Source of the DNA: a virus
Lineage: Duplodnaviria > Caudoviricetes
IMG/VR virus record: IMGVR_UViG_3300010267_000001
Span: 1 to 59,759 of that record
Reading direction: 5' to 3' (one strand)
Length of the DNA: 59,759 nucleotides
In this document: positions 9,055-17,798 of the stretch, one piece after another
Numbering within the stretch: position 1 is the first letter of the stretch
Layout: every line of letters starts with the position of its first letter
Position numbers and translations under genes: made by a program
The notes under the pieces: model-generated
Databases searched by the model: none
Seen by the model: the letters and a program-made list of their open reading frames with translations, nothing else
Told to the model about the DNA's origin: nothing

Positions 9055-9744
9055 ATGGATGAAAATAAAGCGATTCAAAATCCTGAAAATACATGTTTTA
9101 ACTGTCTTAAAGAAACAATTGTATATAAGATAAATATTCCAGCTTTAGGATGGGGAAGTCAATTCGATAATTTTTCTACTAGAATTCAACTGTGTGATGA
9201 TTGTTATTCAGTAACTAATCCCGATTGGTGGAAACTAAATGTAATTAAAGGTAAAACTGATTTAGAAGGTGAACATTATGAATATGAAGATGAAATTTTG
9301 AATTTTGTAAATCAAATGCCATTAGCAGGACAGGAATTATTTTATAATAGGTATGCTACTGGTGAGTTTGCAAGCTTTCATATGGAAGCACAGGATTGGA
9401 TTGACTATAAGTTAGACATACTTCCACATGAAAAATGTAAGGAGTATGGTCTATATTCGCCACAGGAAATACAAGCATATAAAGAAAGATTCCCTAAATG
9501 TCAGCATGTGTTTAATGTAGTATATAATGACGTATCTATAGGCTGTTGGTGTCCTTTTGGAGCATATGGTGAATTTGAACAAAAAACAGGGAGAAATATT
9601 TGTGATGAATGTTATGAATGTAAATATTTTGAAAAAAGAAGAACTCCAATAAAATATATTTCAGAAAAAGATTGGAAAGATTATAAGATATATTATATTG
9701 CTAAACTAAAGGAAGAAGAATTTAGCAGATTTAAAAATTATTAA
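9055..9744 (+). CDS. Cys-rich hypothetical protein
   Basis: AGGAGG RBS before ATG 9055 (the ATG at 9031 overlaps the -10 box). Confidence 0.75.
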   Translation: MDENKAIQNPENTCFNCLKETIVYKINIPALGWGSQFDNFSTRIQLCDDCYSVTNPDWWKLNVIKGKTDLEGEHYEYEDEILNFVNQMPLAGQELFYNRYATGEFASFHMEAQDWIDYKLDILPHEKCKEYGLYSPQEIQAYKERFPKCQHVFNVVYNDVSIGCWCPFGAYGEFEQKTGRNICDECYECKYFEKRRTPIKYISEKDWKDYKIYYIAKLKEEEFSRFKNY

Positions 9745-9789
9745 TATAAAATTCATCTACATAGAAAATAAGCAAAGAGGTGATTTAAA

Positions 9790-10173
9790 GTGATAAGGGA
9801 AGATGAATTTATAATTGAATGGGATGAATATGGGTATCCAACACAAGAGTCTCTTGAAAAATTAGAACAGATATTAAATGGTAATGATATACGCAAAGCT
9901 ATAAAAGCATTTTATTCAGCACTTAAAGAAAATTATTACCCTGATTATTGTGGGTCTACAGAAGTTGAAGTGCGTGGAAAAATAGAAAAGGTATGGGAAT
10001 ACCATACTGGAGGTTGGAGTGGAAACGAAGATATAATTCGTGTTTTAAAAAACTCTTGGGTTTGGTCACTTACTTTTGAACGGTATGACGCAGGAGGACA
10101 TTATTACTTTGAACCAATAGAAAAATGGGAAAATACATTAAAAAATAATAAACAGGATTTTGGGGATATATAG
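9790..10173 (+). CDS. hypothetical phage protein
   Basis: DEYGYPT...HTGGWSGNEDII...GGHYYF; AGAGGTG RBS. Confidence 0.75.
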   Translation: MIREDEFIIEWDEYGYPTQESLEKLEQILNGNDIRKAIKAFYSALKENYYPDYCGSTEVEVRGKIEKVWEYHTGGWSGNEDIIRVLKNSWVWSLTFERYDAGGHYYFEPIEKWENTLKNNKQDFGDI

Positions 10174-10248
10174 CAAATGGGTTTTATACAATATTAATAT
10201 AATGACAGTTTAGTTTAATTGCATAATTTGTATTAGGAGTGATGCGTT

Positions 10249-10422
10249 ATGAATTATTATTTTTGGGTCAATGGATATGATAGTGCTGGCGTAGTTAAAG
10301 CTGAAACAATTGAAGAAGCAAAGCAAAAGGTGATAATGTCACAAGGGAATTATACTACTATTTATTCACTTGATGATGAAGATTATGATAATTATGATGT
10401 AGCAGTATTAATTTTGGAATAA
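10249..10422 (+). CDS. 57-aa hypothetical protein (not in ORF track)
   Basis: AGGAGTG RBS; MNYYFWVNG...VKAETIEEAKQK. Confidence 0.65.
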   Translation: MNYYFWVNGYDSAGVVKAETIEEAKQKVIMSQGNYTTIYSLDDEDYDNYDVAVLILE

Positions 10423-10468
10423 AATGGATATTTTATTAAAAAATTAATATAAAAGTGAGGTAGATATA

Positions 10469-11203
10469 TTGCTTGAAATAAATAAAATATACAATATGGA
10501 TTATTTAGAAGGAATGAGATTGATTGATGATGAGAGTATAGATTTAATAGTAACTGACCCACCTTATAAAGTTACAGTAAAAGGAAATGCGGGTAATAGT
10601 GGTGGGATGATGCGAAAGAAACTATCTATGAAAGGAAAAATATTTGAGTGTAATGATATTAAACCTATTGATTATATACCTGAATTTTATAGAGTGCTAA
10701 AAGATGGTTCACACTGTTATATAATGACTAACCATGTGAATTTGCAAGAAATATTAAATACTGCAACAAATTGCGGGTTTAAATTTATTAAATCATTAAT
10801 ATGGAATAAAGGAAATAAAATAATGGGGCACTATTATATGAGCCAATTTGAATACATTTTATTTTTTAGAAAGGGAAAAGGTAAAAAAATAAACAATTGT
10901 GGAACTTCTGATATTTTAGATATCCCTAATAAAAAATTAAAAGATGAAAAAGGTAATAATTTACATGATACTGAAAAACCTGTTGAACTTATGAAGATTT
11001 TGGTAGAAAATTCATCACAAGAGAAAGAGATTGTATTAGACCCTTTTATAGGCATAGGTACGACTGCAATAGCTTGTATCAACACGAATCGTAATTACAT
11101 AGGCTTTGAATTGGATAAAAAATATTACGAAATTGCAAAAGATAGGATAAATAAGCATATTTTAGATAATAATTTGCAGAATAGATATAGTTTAATTGCA
11201 TAA
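10469..11203 (+). CDS. N6/N4 DNA methyltransferase (beta class)
   Basis: TDPPY, HDTEKPV, DPFIGIGTT. Confidence 0.92.
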   Translation: MLEINKIYNMDYLEGMRLIDDESIDLIVTDPPYKVTVKGNAGNSGGMMRKKLSMKGKIFECNDIKPIDYIPEFYRVLKDGSHCYIMTNHVNLQEILNTATNCGFKFIKSLIWNKGNKIMGHYYMSQFEYILFFRKGKGKKINNCGTSDILDIPNKKLKDEKGNNLHDTEKPVELMKILVENSSQEKEIVLDPFIGIGTTAIACINTNRNYIGFELDKKYYEIAKDRINKHILDNNLQNRYSLIA

Positions 11204-11260
11204 TATTAAAATAAAATGACAATCTTATCTTAATATTAATATAAAAGTGAGGTTGATAAG

Positions 11261-12211
11261 TTGATTGAACTAAACAAAGTATATAATAAAGATTGCTTAG
11301 AATTTATGAAAGAAATACCTGATGAATACATAGATTTAATAATTGCAGACCCGCCATATTTTGGCGTTGTAAAAGATGAGTGGGATAATCAATGGAAAAA
11401 TGATTATAATAAGTTTAAAGACTGGATAGAAAAAATCATAATTGAATTTGAAAGAATTTTAAAAGTAAGTGGTTCAGTTTATTTCTATGGCTGGTTTTTA
11501 AATATGCTTCCTTTATATGATGTAATAAATAAATACTTTTTTATAAGACAAAATATTACCATACATAAGGGAATTAAGTCTATAGCAGGAAGAACATCAA
11601 ATAAGTTAAAAATGTTTCCTACTGCAACTGAATACATATGGATACTAACTAAACAGGATACTATAGGGAAACTTAAAGATGGAACAAGCATTATAGACCC
11701 CATGCATGAATACCTAAATAAAGCTAGAACTGAAGCAGGATTAAGTTTAAAAGATATAAATAAAATATGGGGACATCCAGAAAATTCAGGAACGGCTGGA
11801 CATAAGTTTTTAGATAAGTCACAACCTCAGCCAATGTCAAAAGAAAAATACGAACAATTAAAACCTTACATGAATTTACCATTAACTTATGAAGAAATGA
11901 TTTATACATATGAAAGTAGAAGAATAAAGTTTAATCTTCCTCAAGGTGTTACTGATGTATGGGAAATAGATTTTTATAAAGATGAAAGATGGGGACATTC
12001 AACACAAAAGCCTTTAGAATTATGTGATAGAATAATTAAAGCAAGTTCTGACGAAGGAGATTTAGTATATATACCATTTGCAGGAAGTGGTAGCGAAATA
12101 ATTGCTTGTATTAAAAATAAAAGAAATTACATGGCAACCGAAATAAATAATGATTATATTATAAATATAATAATACCGAGAATACAACAACATATGGGAA
12201 ACACTGTATAA
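11261..12211 (+). CDS. N6/N4 DNA methyltransferase (beta class) with HTH-like insertion
   Basis: ADPPY, HSTQKPL, PFAGSGS; internal YLNKARTEAGLSLKDINKIWG segment. Confidence 0.9.
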   Translation: MIELNKVYNKDCLEFMKEIPDEYIDLIIADPPYFGVVKDEWDNQWKNDYNKFKDWIEKIIIEFERILKVSGSVYFYGWFLNMLPLYDVINKYFFIRQNITIHKGIKSIAGRTSNKLKMFPTATEYIWILTKQDTIGKLKDGTSIIDPMHEYLNKARTEAGLSLKDINKIWGHPENSGTAGHKFLDKSQPQPMSKEKYEQLKPYMNLPLTYEEMIYTYESRRIKFNLPQGVTDVWEIDFYKDERWGHSTQKPLELCDRIIKASSDEGDLVYIPFAGSGSEIIACIKNKRNYMATEINNDYIINIIIPRIQQHMGNTV

Positions 12212-12253
12212 TTTCAATAAAATTACATTTTTATTTAAAGGTAGGTACTATTT

Positions 12254-12505
12254 ATGTTGAGCATGGATGAATGGAACAGGCTTTATGAGATTGAAGAAAA
12301 TGTTGATACTTTGTCATATACGCAAGACGATGTTAAATTCTTGATTAAGATTATTTATAAACTAAAAGGAAATTTAATTGACCATAGGACACATGACCGA
12401 ATACAAGAAATAATTAGTAATTTACCTATTCCTGACGCAGATGAAGAAACTATATTAGGAAATTTGCGTATATTGAAGAATTTGAGCGAAGGGAGATGGG
12501 ATTAA
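12254..12505 (+). CDS. hypothetical protein
   Basis: ORF with RBS. Confidence 0.7.
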   Translation: MLSMDEWNRLYEIEENVDTLSYTQDDVKFLIKIIYKLKGNLIDHRTHDRIQEIISNLPIPDADEETILGNLRILKNLSEGRWD

Positions 12506-12819
12506 TGATACTAAAAAAGCAGTTAATAATGAACATAGGTAAAACTGAAAATGACCTTATTATAACTGAAACAATGGTTAAAAATTCGTTAGATAGCTTT
12601 GTTAATAAACCAATTGTGCAATTTGCTAATCCACTCGGTAATTCAAAAATAATAGGTTATATTCAAGGTAATATTTGTATTGAAAACAATGATGTTTATG
12701 CAGATATTTTTCTTATTGATTCTTGTAAAGATGAATGGAAAGGTAAATACGATAATTGGGGAATAACATTAGATGATGACAAAGAAAGTTTTCAGTTAGA
12801 TTTTATAGAAGTGTTTTAG
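12496..12819 (+). CDS. hypothetical protein resembling prohead-protease N-terminal fold
   Basis: IITETMVKNSLDSFVNKPIV resembles PITEDAIRQSANTLVGKPIL of 55779-57488; start probably 12505. Confidence 0.55.
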   Translation: MGLMILKKQLIMNIGKTENDLIITETMVKNSLDSFVNKPIVQFANPLGNSKIIGYIQGNICIENNDVYADIFLIDSCKDEWKGKYDNWGITLDDDKESFQLDFIEVF

Positions 12820-12857
12820 AAATACTATATAATATTAATATAAAAGGGTGATAAATT

Positions 12858-13007
12858 ATGACATTAAATGAATTTATTGAAGAATTACTTAAACTTCAAA
12901 AAGAAGGTAAGGGTGAATATAAAGTAAGAGGATGCTGTTGGGGTGATGAGTGGGATATAGATGAACCACCAATTGTATTCGATGATATAAAAGAAATTCA
13001 TATATAA
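12858..13007 (+). CDS. 49-aa hypothetical protein (not in ORF track)
   Basis: AAGGGTG RBS; MTLNEFIEELLKLQKEGKG. Confidence 0.65.
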   Translation: MTLNEFIEELLKLQKEGKGEYKVRGCCWGDEWDIDEPPIVFDDIKEIHI

Positions 13008-13023
13008 AGTGAGGTTGAATCAC

Positions 13024-13419
13024 ATGGAATACAAATTTAAAGCATGGGTGAAGCCAGTAATAGAAGATGGAGAAGTTGTTTATACAGGTTGTATGGTTGA
13101 TGTCTGGGGGATTGATTTTAAGAGAAGGAAGATAATTTATTATGAACCCTTTGACTTGTTACCGATGATAGGTACAAAAGAAGAGCTTAGTTTTGACGAA
13201 ATAGAATTATTACCATACATAGGTTTGAATGATATAAATGGTAAAGAAATATATAAAGGAGATATATTGAAATTTACACATGAAAGAGAAGATTTTAAAA
13301 ATGAAAATGCGAAGATAGTTGTTGAAATACCAAAAATATATTCAGTAATGTCCAATCCATATAATCATAGCTTTGAGATTATAGGTAGTGTTTATACTAA
13401 TCCAGAGTTATTGGAGTGA
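13024..13419 (+). CDS. YopX family protein
   Basis: MEYKFKAW...YIGLNDINGKEIYKGDIL...EIIGSVYTNPELLE. Confidence 0.9.
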   Translation: MEYKFKAWVKPVIEDGEVVYTGCMVDVWGIDFKRRKIIYYEPFDLLPMIGTKEELSFDEIELLPYIGLNDINGKEIYKGDILKFTHEREDFKNENAKIVVEIPKIYSVMSNPYNHSFEIIGSVYTNPELLE

Positions 13420-13634
13420 TATATATGATGATAAAATATTATAAAGCTATAAAATGCAACTGTGGAAATCTTATTTATCCATGTTTTCATGAATTATATT
13501 TTAATATGATTAATGGAGAAATATTCGATAATCTAACCGACGATATAGTTTGTGATAAATGTGGAACAGTTTATGAACTCCTTGATATGAAATTTATACC
13601 TCAATTTGAAAGGAAGAAACAACATGAACGATAA
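13416..13634 (+). CDS. small zinc-ribbon protein
   Basis: KCNCG...CDKCG. Confidence 0.65.
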   Translation: MIYMMIKYYKAIKCNCGNLIYPCFHELYFNMINGEIFDNLTDDIVCDKCGTVYELLDMKFIPQFERKKQHER

Positions 13635-13833
13635 TTTTCAAGTAGATTATGAGCCTAATAAAAGAGAACTACATATCAATTTACCCGAAGAAGTTTGGGA
13701 TAAAATTGATAATATAATTTTCACAAGACACTTTAAGCCAATTAAAAAGATAAAAGTTTTCCAAAAAGAAAAAATAGATGAAATATTCAAAGAAATAGAT
13801 ACTTCTCTCAAAGAAAAAAGAAAGCGAGGTTGA
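13624..13833 (+). CDS. hypothetical protein
   Basis: AAGGAAG RBS before ATG 13624. Confidence 0.65.
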   Translation: MNDNFQVDYEPNKRELHINLPEEVWDKIDNIIFTRHFKPIKKIKVFQKEKIDEIFKEIDTSLKEKRKRG

Positions 13834-14126
13834 ACAACGTGTCTGAAATTCCTGGATATTATAGTCAAGATGCCGTAGATGCACAACACGAACAAATGAT
13901 GAAAGAATTTGGCATTTTAGGTGAAGAAATAGAAAATTTAAAAGCAGAAAATAAGCGATTAAAACAAGAAAGAGACAAATTAAAAGAAATATTAGATAAG
14001 CATGTTTTAATGAAAATGTACCCTGCAAAATGCACAGATAAAATACAAGTATTTGAAAGTAGAGAAGAATATAATGAAGTTATGAAATTTATATGGAAAC
14101 TGATGAAAGAAGGTAATAGTTTATGA
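13830..14126 (+). CDS. hypothetical coiled-coil protein
   Basis: ORF coupled to neighbours. Confidence 0.65.
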   Translation: MNNVSEIPGYYSQDAVDAQHEQMMKEFGILGEEIENLKAENKRLKQERDKLKEILDKHVLMKMYPAKCTDKIQVFESREEYNEVMKFIWKLMKEGNSL

Positions 14127-14359
14127 TTTTAGCACAAGGAACAGAAAATGGGTTGAATTGGTCATTAGACGCAAAAGGTATGAATATCTATATTCGTATT
14201 GTTCAAGAGAGTACAAAAAAGGAATTTGTTAAAAAATATGAATGTCAATTTGAGCCAACATGGGGATATGATATTTCTGATGTAAACGCAGTTAATAAAA
14301 TGTTGGATGATATGATTGAAGAAATTTTATTGAAGGATGATGTATCTTATGGATATTAA
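14123..14359 (+). CDS. hypothetical protein
   Basis: ATGA overlap with upstream gene. Confidence 0.65.
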   Translation: MILAQGTENGLNWSLDAKGMNIYIRIVQESTKKEFVKKYECQFEPTWGYDISDVNAVNKMLDDMIEEILLKDDVSYGY

Positions 14360-14615
14360 AGACTTAAATAAATACTATAAACGTACAGAAACAGAAAATA
14401 TTCATATAGAAATTTTTAAAGAAACACCTGAATATAAATATTATCTTTTAGGTATAGCACAAGGTTTATATACAATTTATAAAGCTATGAGCGTATCTTT
14501 TGCTAAAAATGTTCGTACTGATGACTGGATGGGATTTATTAAAAAATTAGTCGCAGATGATAAAAAAGTCGAAGAATATTTTAATAGATTAATTGATGCC
14601 GATAATAAAAATTAG
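14337..14615 (+). CDS. hypothetical protein
   Basis: ORF; start probably 14349. Confidence 0.7.
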   Translation: MMYLMDIKDLNKYYKRTETENIHIEIFKETPEYKYYLLGIAQGLYTIYKAMSVSFAKNVRTDDWMGFIKKLVADDKKVEEYFNRLIDADNKN

Positions 14616-14626
14616 GAGTTGATATT

Positions 14627-14848
14627 ATGTTAGGTAAAAAAATAGATAAAATATATGGTATTGATTATAATTCATATCTTTGTGCTGGAATAGGAAATCC
14701 TATAAAATTACAATTAGGAGAAAATACATTATTATTTACTACTGAATCAGAAATGCTTAAAGCACTAGAGGAATTAAAAGCAGACCATACAGTTGAAGAA
14801 ATAAAACCTTTTACATCTACAATTAATAGAGAAGAATATAAAATATAG
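14627..14848 (+). CDS. hypothetical protein
   Basis: AGGAG RBS. Confidence 0.7.
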   Translation: MLGKKIDKIYGIDYNSYLCAGIGNPIKLQLGENTLLFTTESEMLKALEELKADHTVEEIKPFTSTINREEYKI

Positions 14849-14859
14849 GTGGTGGTAAT

Positions 14860-15033
14860 ATGTACAACATAACATATGAAAGAATAGATGGAATTGAAAA
14901 ATACTATGGGTGGTATTTAAAATTTCTTACATCTCATTTAGAAGAACTTGAATTAATTGATAAGAATATGACATTAAAGGAATTAGAAGATTATGTTCAT
15001 AATAAACTTAAAAATTTAAATCTAATAATATAA
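14860..15033 (+). CDS. 57-aa hypothetical protein (not in ORF track)
   Basis: AGGTGGTGG RBS; MYNITYERIDG. Confidence 0.6.
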   Translation: MYNITYERIDGIEKYYGWYLKFLTSHLEELELIDKNMTLKELEDYVHNKLKNLNLII

Positions 15034-15060
15034 ATATAATACTGTAATGGAGGATGAATT

Positions 15061-15330
15061 ATGAATATTAAATTAATAAATAGTTTAGAAAGCTATAATG
15101 GTGTTCCATTAGATGCATTACAACACATTCCTGAGATAAGTTTTTACAACCACAATTATTACATTGGACTACGTAGAGAAGGATGTGCCACATCAGATTT
15201 AATTTACGCAGAATCAGATGATGATAATTGTACCAGTTATTATTTAATAAATAAAAATAGTCAGCCAATATATTTTGGATATTCATTTACAAGCGAAGGA
15301 GATATTATTAGGACTGATTTAGATTTTTGA
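15061..15330 (+). CDS. hypothetical protein
   Basis: GGAGG RBS. Confidence 0.7.
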   Translation: MNIKLINSLESYNGVPLDALQHIPEISFYNHNYYIGLRREGCATSDLIYAESDDDNCTSYYLINKNSQPIYFGYSFTSEGDIIRTDLDF

Positions 15331-15343
15331 ATAAAATTACACT

Positions 15344-15428
15344 GCTATAAGCGTATCTTTTGCAAAAAATGTTCGCACAGATGATTGGATTGGATTTATT
15401 AAAAAATTAGCTGAAGATGATAAAAAAG
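15344..15428 (+). pseudogene. orphan internal fragment of a homolog of 14337-14615
   Basis: Reads AISVSFAKNVRTDDWIGFIKKLAEDDKK versus AMSVSFAKNVRTDDWMGFIKKLVADDKK at about 14485-14568. Confidence 0.85.
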
Positions 15429-15439
15429 AGGTAAATATT

Positions 15440-15823
15440 ATGAATATAAAAAACCTAATTGATAGCAAGTATAAAAAACAGATAAAACAATTAAAAAACC
15501 GAATGGAAGAGTTATCATCATTACCGCAAACATATAAATCAAGAGATAAAGTTTGGTTTAAAGAAACATATATAAAATCAAGGAAAGGACTTATTGTTTG
15601 TAGACAATACAGAAGTGCTAAAAAGAGAAAGAATACTTTATTTTTCCCTACAAAAGAATTAGCTGTTGAATATTATATTACAATCCCTAACAAAATATTT
15701 TTGTTATCATCTAAAATTATTGATGAAGTAATACCTGTTCAAATTGAAAACCAAATAAACCAATTTGTAGATATTAATGAGATTGAAATAGGAGATAAGA
15801 ATTTATATTTGAATGAAATCTAA
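15440..15823 (+). CDS. hypothetical basic protein
   Basis: AGAGGT RBS. Confidence 0.7.
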   Translation: MNIKNLIDSKYKKQIKQLKNRMEELSSLPQTYKSRDKVWFKETYIKSRKGLIVCRQYRSAKKRKNTLFFPTKELAVEYYITIPNKIFLLSSKIIDEVIPVQIENQINQFVDINEIEIGDKNLYLNEI

Positions 15824-15837
15824 TTTTGATTTAAACC

Positions 15838-15866
15838 TTGACAGAATATAAATATAATATTATAAT
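15838..15866 (+). promoter_or_regulatory. consensus sigma-A promoter
   Basis: TTGACA-17-TATAAT; spacer GAATATAAATATAATAT. Confidence 0.85.
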
Positions 15867-16443
15867 GGAAAAGAGGTCGATAAATATAAATAAAAAATAC
15901 AATATAATATATGCAGACCCACCTTGGAGTTATAGGGATAAGGCTTTAGCAGGAAATCGAGGTGCGTGTTGCAAGTATCCAGTAATGAGTATTAAAGAAA
16001 TCTGCGAATTGCCAATACAAAGAATTGCTGCTGATGATTGCGTCTTGTTTATGTGGGTCACAATGCCAAAACTTAACGAGTGTTTTGATGTAATAACTGC
16101 ATGGGGATTTGAGTACAAGACATGTGCTTTTACATGGGTTAAGCGTAATAAGAAGTCAGACTCATGGTTTTGGGGTATGGGTAGATGGACAAGAGCAAAT
16201 GCTGAATTATGTTTGTTGTCAACTAAAGGTAATCCCAAAAGAGTTAGTGCCAGAGTCCATTCTATTATTGATACACCAATCGAAGAACATAGTAAAAAAC
16301 CTGATATTGTAAGAGATAAAATTGTTGAATTATGCGGGGATTTACCTCGAATAGAGCTTTTTGCAAGACAAAAAACAGAAGGTTGGGATGTTTGGGGTAA
16401 CGAAGTAGAATCAGATATACATATTAGTGTTGACAAAATATAA
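15865..16443 (+). CDS. MT-A70 family adenine methyltransferase
   Basis: YNIIYADPPW, LFMWVT, WGFEYKT, GMGRWTRANAE, HSKKP, IELFAR, WGNE; start codon uncertain. Confidence 0.92.
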   Translation: MEKRSININKKYNIIYADPPWSYRDKALAGNRGACCKYPVMSIKEICELPIQRIAADDCVLFMWVTMPKLNECFDVITAWGFEYKTCAFTWVKRNKKSDSWFWGMGRWTRANAELCLLSTKGNPKRVSARVHSIIDTPIEEHSKKPDIVRDKIVELCGDLPRIELFARQKTEGWDVWGNEVESDIHISVDKI

Positions 16444-16458
16444 ATATAATATTATAAT
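16430..16458 (+). promoter_or_regulatory. consensus sigma-A promoter
   Basis: TTGACA-17-TATAAT; spacer AAATATAAATATAATAT. Confidence 0.85.
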
Positions 16459-16511
16459 AAATTTAGATGAAAGAGAAATTTGATTTATATTTAAGGAGGT
16501 ATGATATAATT

Positions 16512-16673
16512 ATGAATAGTAAATGGCATTTGTTTATTTCGTTTATAAAATCACTAATTAGAATAGTTGGAATAGGAGTATCTCTTATATACAGTCAATG
16601 GTCGTTTCTTGCTATAGGGTTAGGAGTAGCAGAGGTTTTAGGTATATTAGAGGAAATCGGAGATAAAAGGTAG
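16512..16673 (+). CDS. small membrane protein
   Basis: AAGGAGG RBS; two hydrophobic segments, ends AEVLGILEEIGDKR. Confidence 0.7.
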   Translation: MNSKWHLFISFIKSLIRIVGIGVSLIYSQWSFLAIGLGVAEVLGILEEIGDKR

Positions 16674-16736
16674 AAGATGATTGATTCGTTTTTCAAAAAT
16701 TATATAAAAGAAAGATTTGATTGAGAGGAGTTTAAT

Positions 16737-17078
16737 ATGAATAAAAAATTCAAAAATGGAGTATCTAATTGGACATTCATTTTCGATAACGATAAAGAAG
16801 TATTACTTGACACAGTACATAGTGAAATAATTACATATAACTCTGATGAAAAAACAGAAATAATTATTAATGATGTTAGTATATCTAATGAATTATTACA
16901 TCTGTTTAGAAAAGGAAATAAAGTTAAACAAATAATTCAAAATCTCTTAATAATAACTGACACAGACAAACACATAGAAGAAGATTGGATATACGATAAT
17001 ATGGAAATAAAAAATGTGATTATTACATCACAATTAGATGAGATAAGCGAATTTAGTGTTGTGTTGAGAAATTATTAA
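16737..17078 (+). CDS. hypothetical protein
   Basis: GAGGAG RBS. Confidence 0.7.
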   Translation: MNKKFKNGVSNWTFIFDNDKEVLLDTVHSEIITYNSDEKTEIIINDVSISNELLHLFRKGNKVKQIIQNLLIITDTDKHIEEDWIYDNMEIKNVIITSQLDEISEFSVVLRNY

Positions 17079-17101
17079 TATAAAAATTATATGGAGATGA
17101 T

Positions 17102-17560
17102 ATGTTTATGTATTTAAAATTAAGTAAACTGTTAGAAATTTTAGCTTTTAAATTTAGACAAAAATCATTATATTTTGAGTTGAAGCATTACTTAAAAAAC
17201 AACGAATCATATTTAAAGAAAATTCATTACTGGGAAAGAGCCATTGGCAAAACATATACACTAGTTAAATTAGCACATAAATTTAAATGTCCCATTATTG
17301 TACCTTCTCAAACAACTGGTCTGCACATACAAAGAATGTGTAGAGACTTAAATATTAATAATATTCAAATAATTTACCCCAATGAATCAATTAGAGGTAA
17401 AAAATATGATAAAATTTTATGTGAAGAAGGCGTGGATATAGAATTCATCAATAGAGAATTAAAACCAAAATGTAAATGTATTGTTGGATTTGTTAATGCA
17501 GATGATTTATATTATAAAAATAATTTTCCACAAGAATATGATTGTACTTGGATAAAATAA
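17102..17560 (+). CDS. truncated P-loop (terminase/helicase-like) protein
   Basis: WERAIGKT Walker-A-like; RGKKYDKILCEE Walker-B-like. Confidence 0.55.
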   Translation: MFMYLKLSKLLEILAFKFRQKSLYFELKHYLKNNESYLKKIHYWERAIGKTYTLVKLAHKFKCPIIVPSQTTGLHIQRMCRDLNINNIQIIYPNESIRGKKYDKILCEEGVDIEFINRELKPKCKCIVGFVNADDLYYKNNFPQEYDCTWIK

Positions 17561-17586
17561 TGGTTTTATATAAAGGAGTATTAAAT

Positions 17587-17745
17587 ATGATACGTGCACT
17601 CAAAATATATTGGGACTATGAAGATGAAGTAGAAGTATATAAAATCACTGATGGTATGTTTAAAGCAAGCCAAATAATAGATGGAGTTAGAATGTATCCA
17701 TATATTATATTTGATGATGGAAGGAAGTTTTATTTGGAATATTAA
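17587..17745 (+). CDS. hypothetical protein
   Basis: AAAGGAG RBS before ATG 17587. Confidence 0.6.
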   Translation: MIRALKIYWDYEDEVEVYKITDGMFKASQIIDGVRMYPYIIFDDGRKFYLEY

Positions 17746-17798
17746 TATTCTTTAATTTTAGCCTAATAATCTTTAAATTTAAAGAAAATGGTGATTAT

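Larger units (their letters stand above)
6097..11207 (+). repeat. 121-bp perfect direct repeat (6097-6217 and 11087-11207), the 3' ends of two methyltransferases
   Basis: Identical from AATCGTAATTAC to GCATAATATT. Confidence 0.92.

Noticed and set aside
15930-16436. Antisense ORFs in the track (this one, 29892-30362, 42707-43117 and similar)
   Set aside because: They shadow well-supported genes on the opposite strand and lack RBSs or recognisable motifs
904-17569. CRISPR array formed by the dispersed repeats
   Set aside because: Repeats are 18 bp with variable centres, separated by whole genes at irregular spacing; no cas genes
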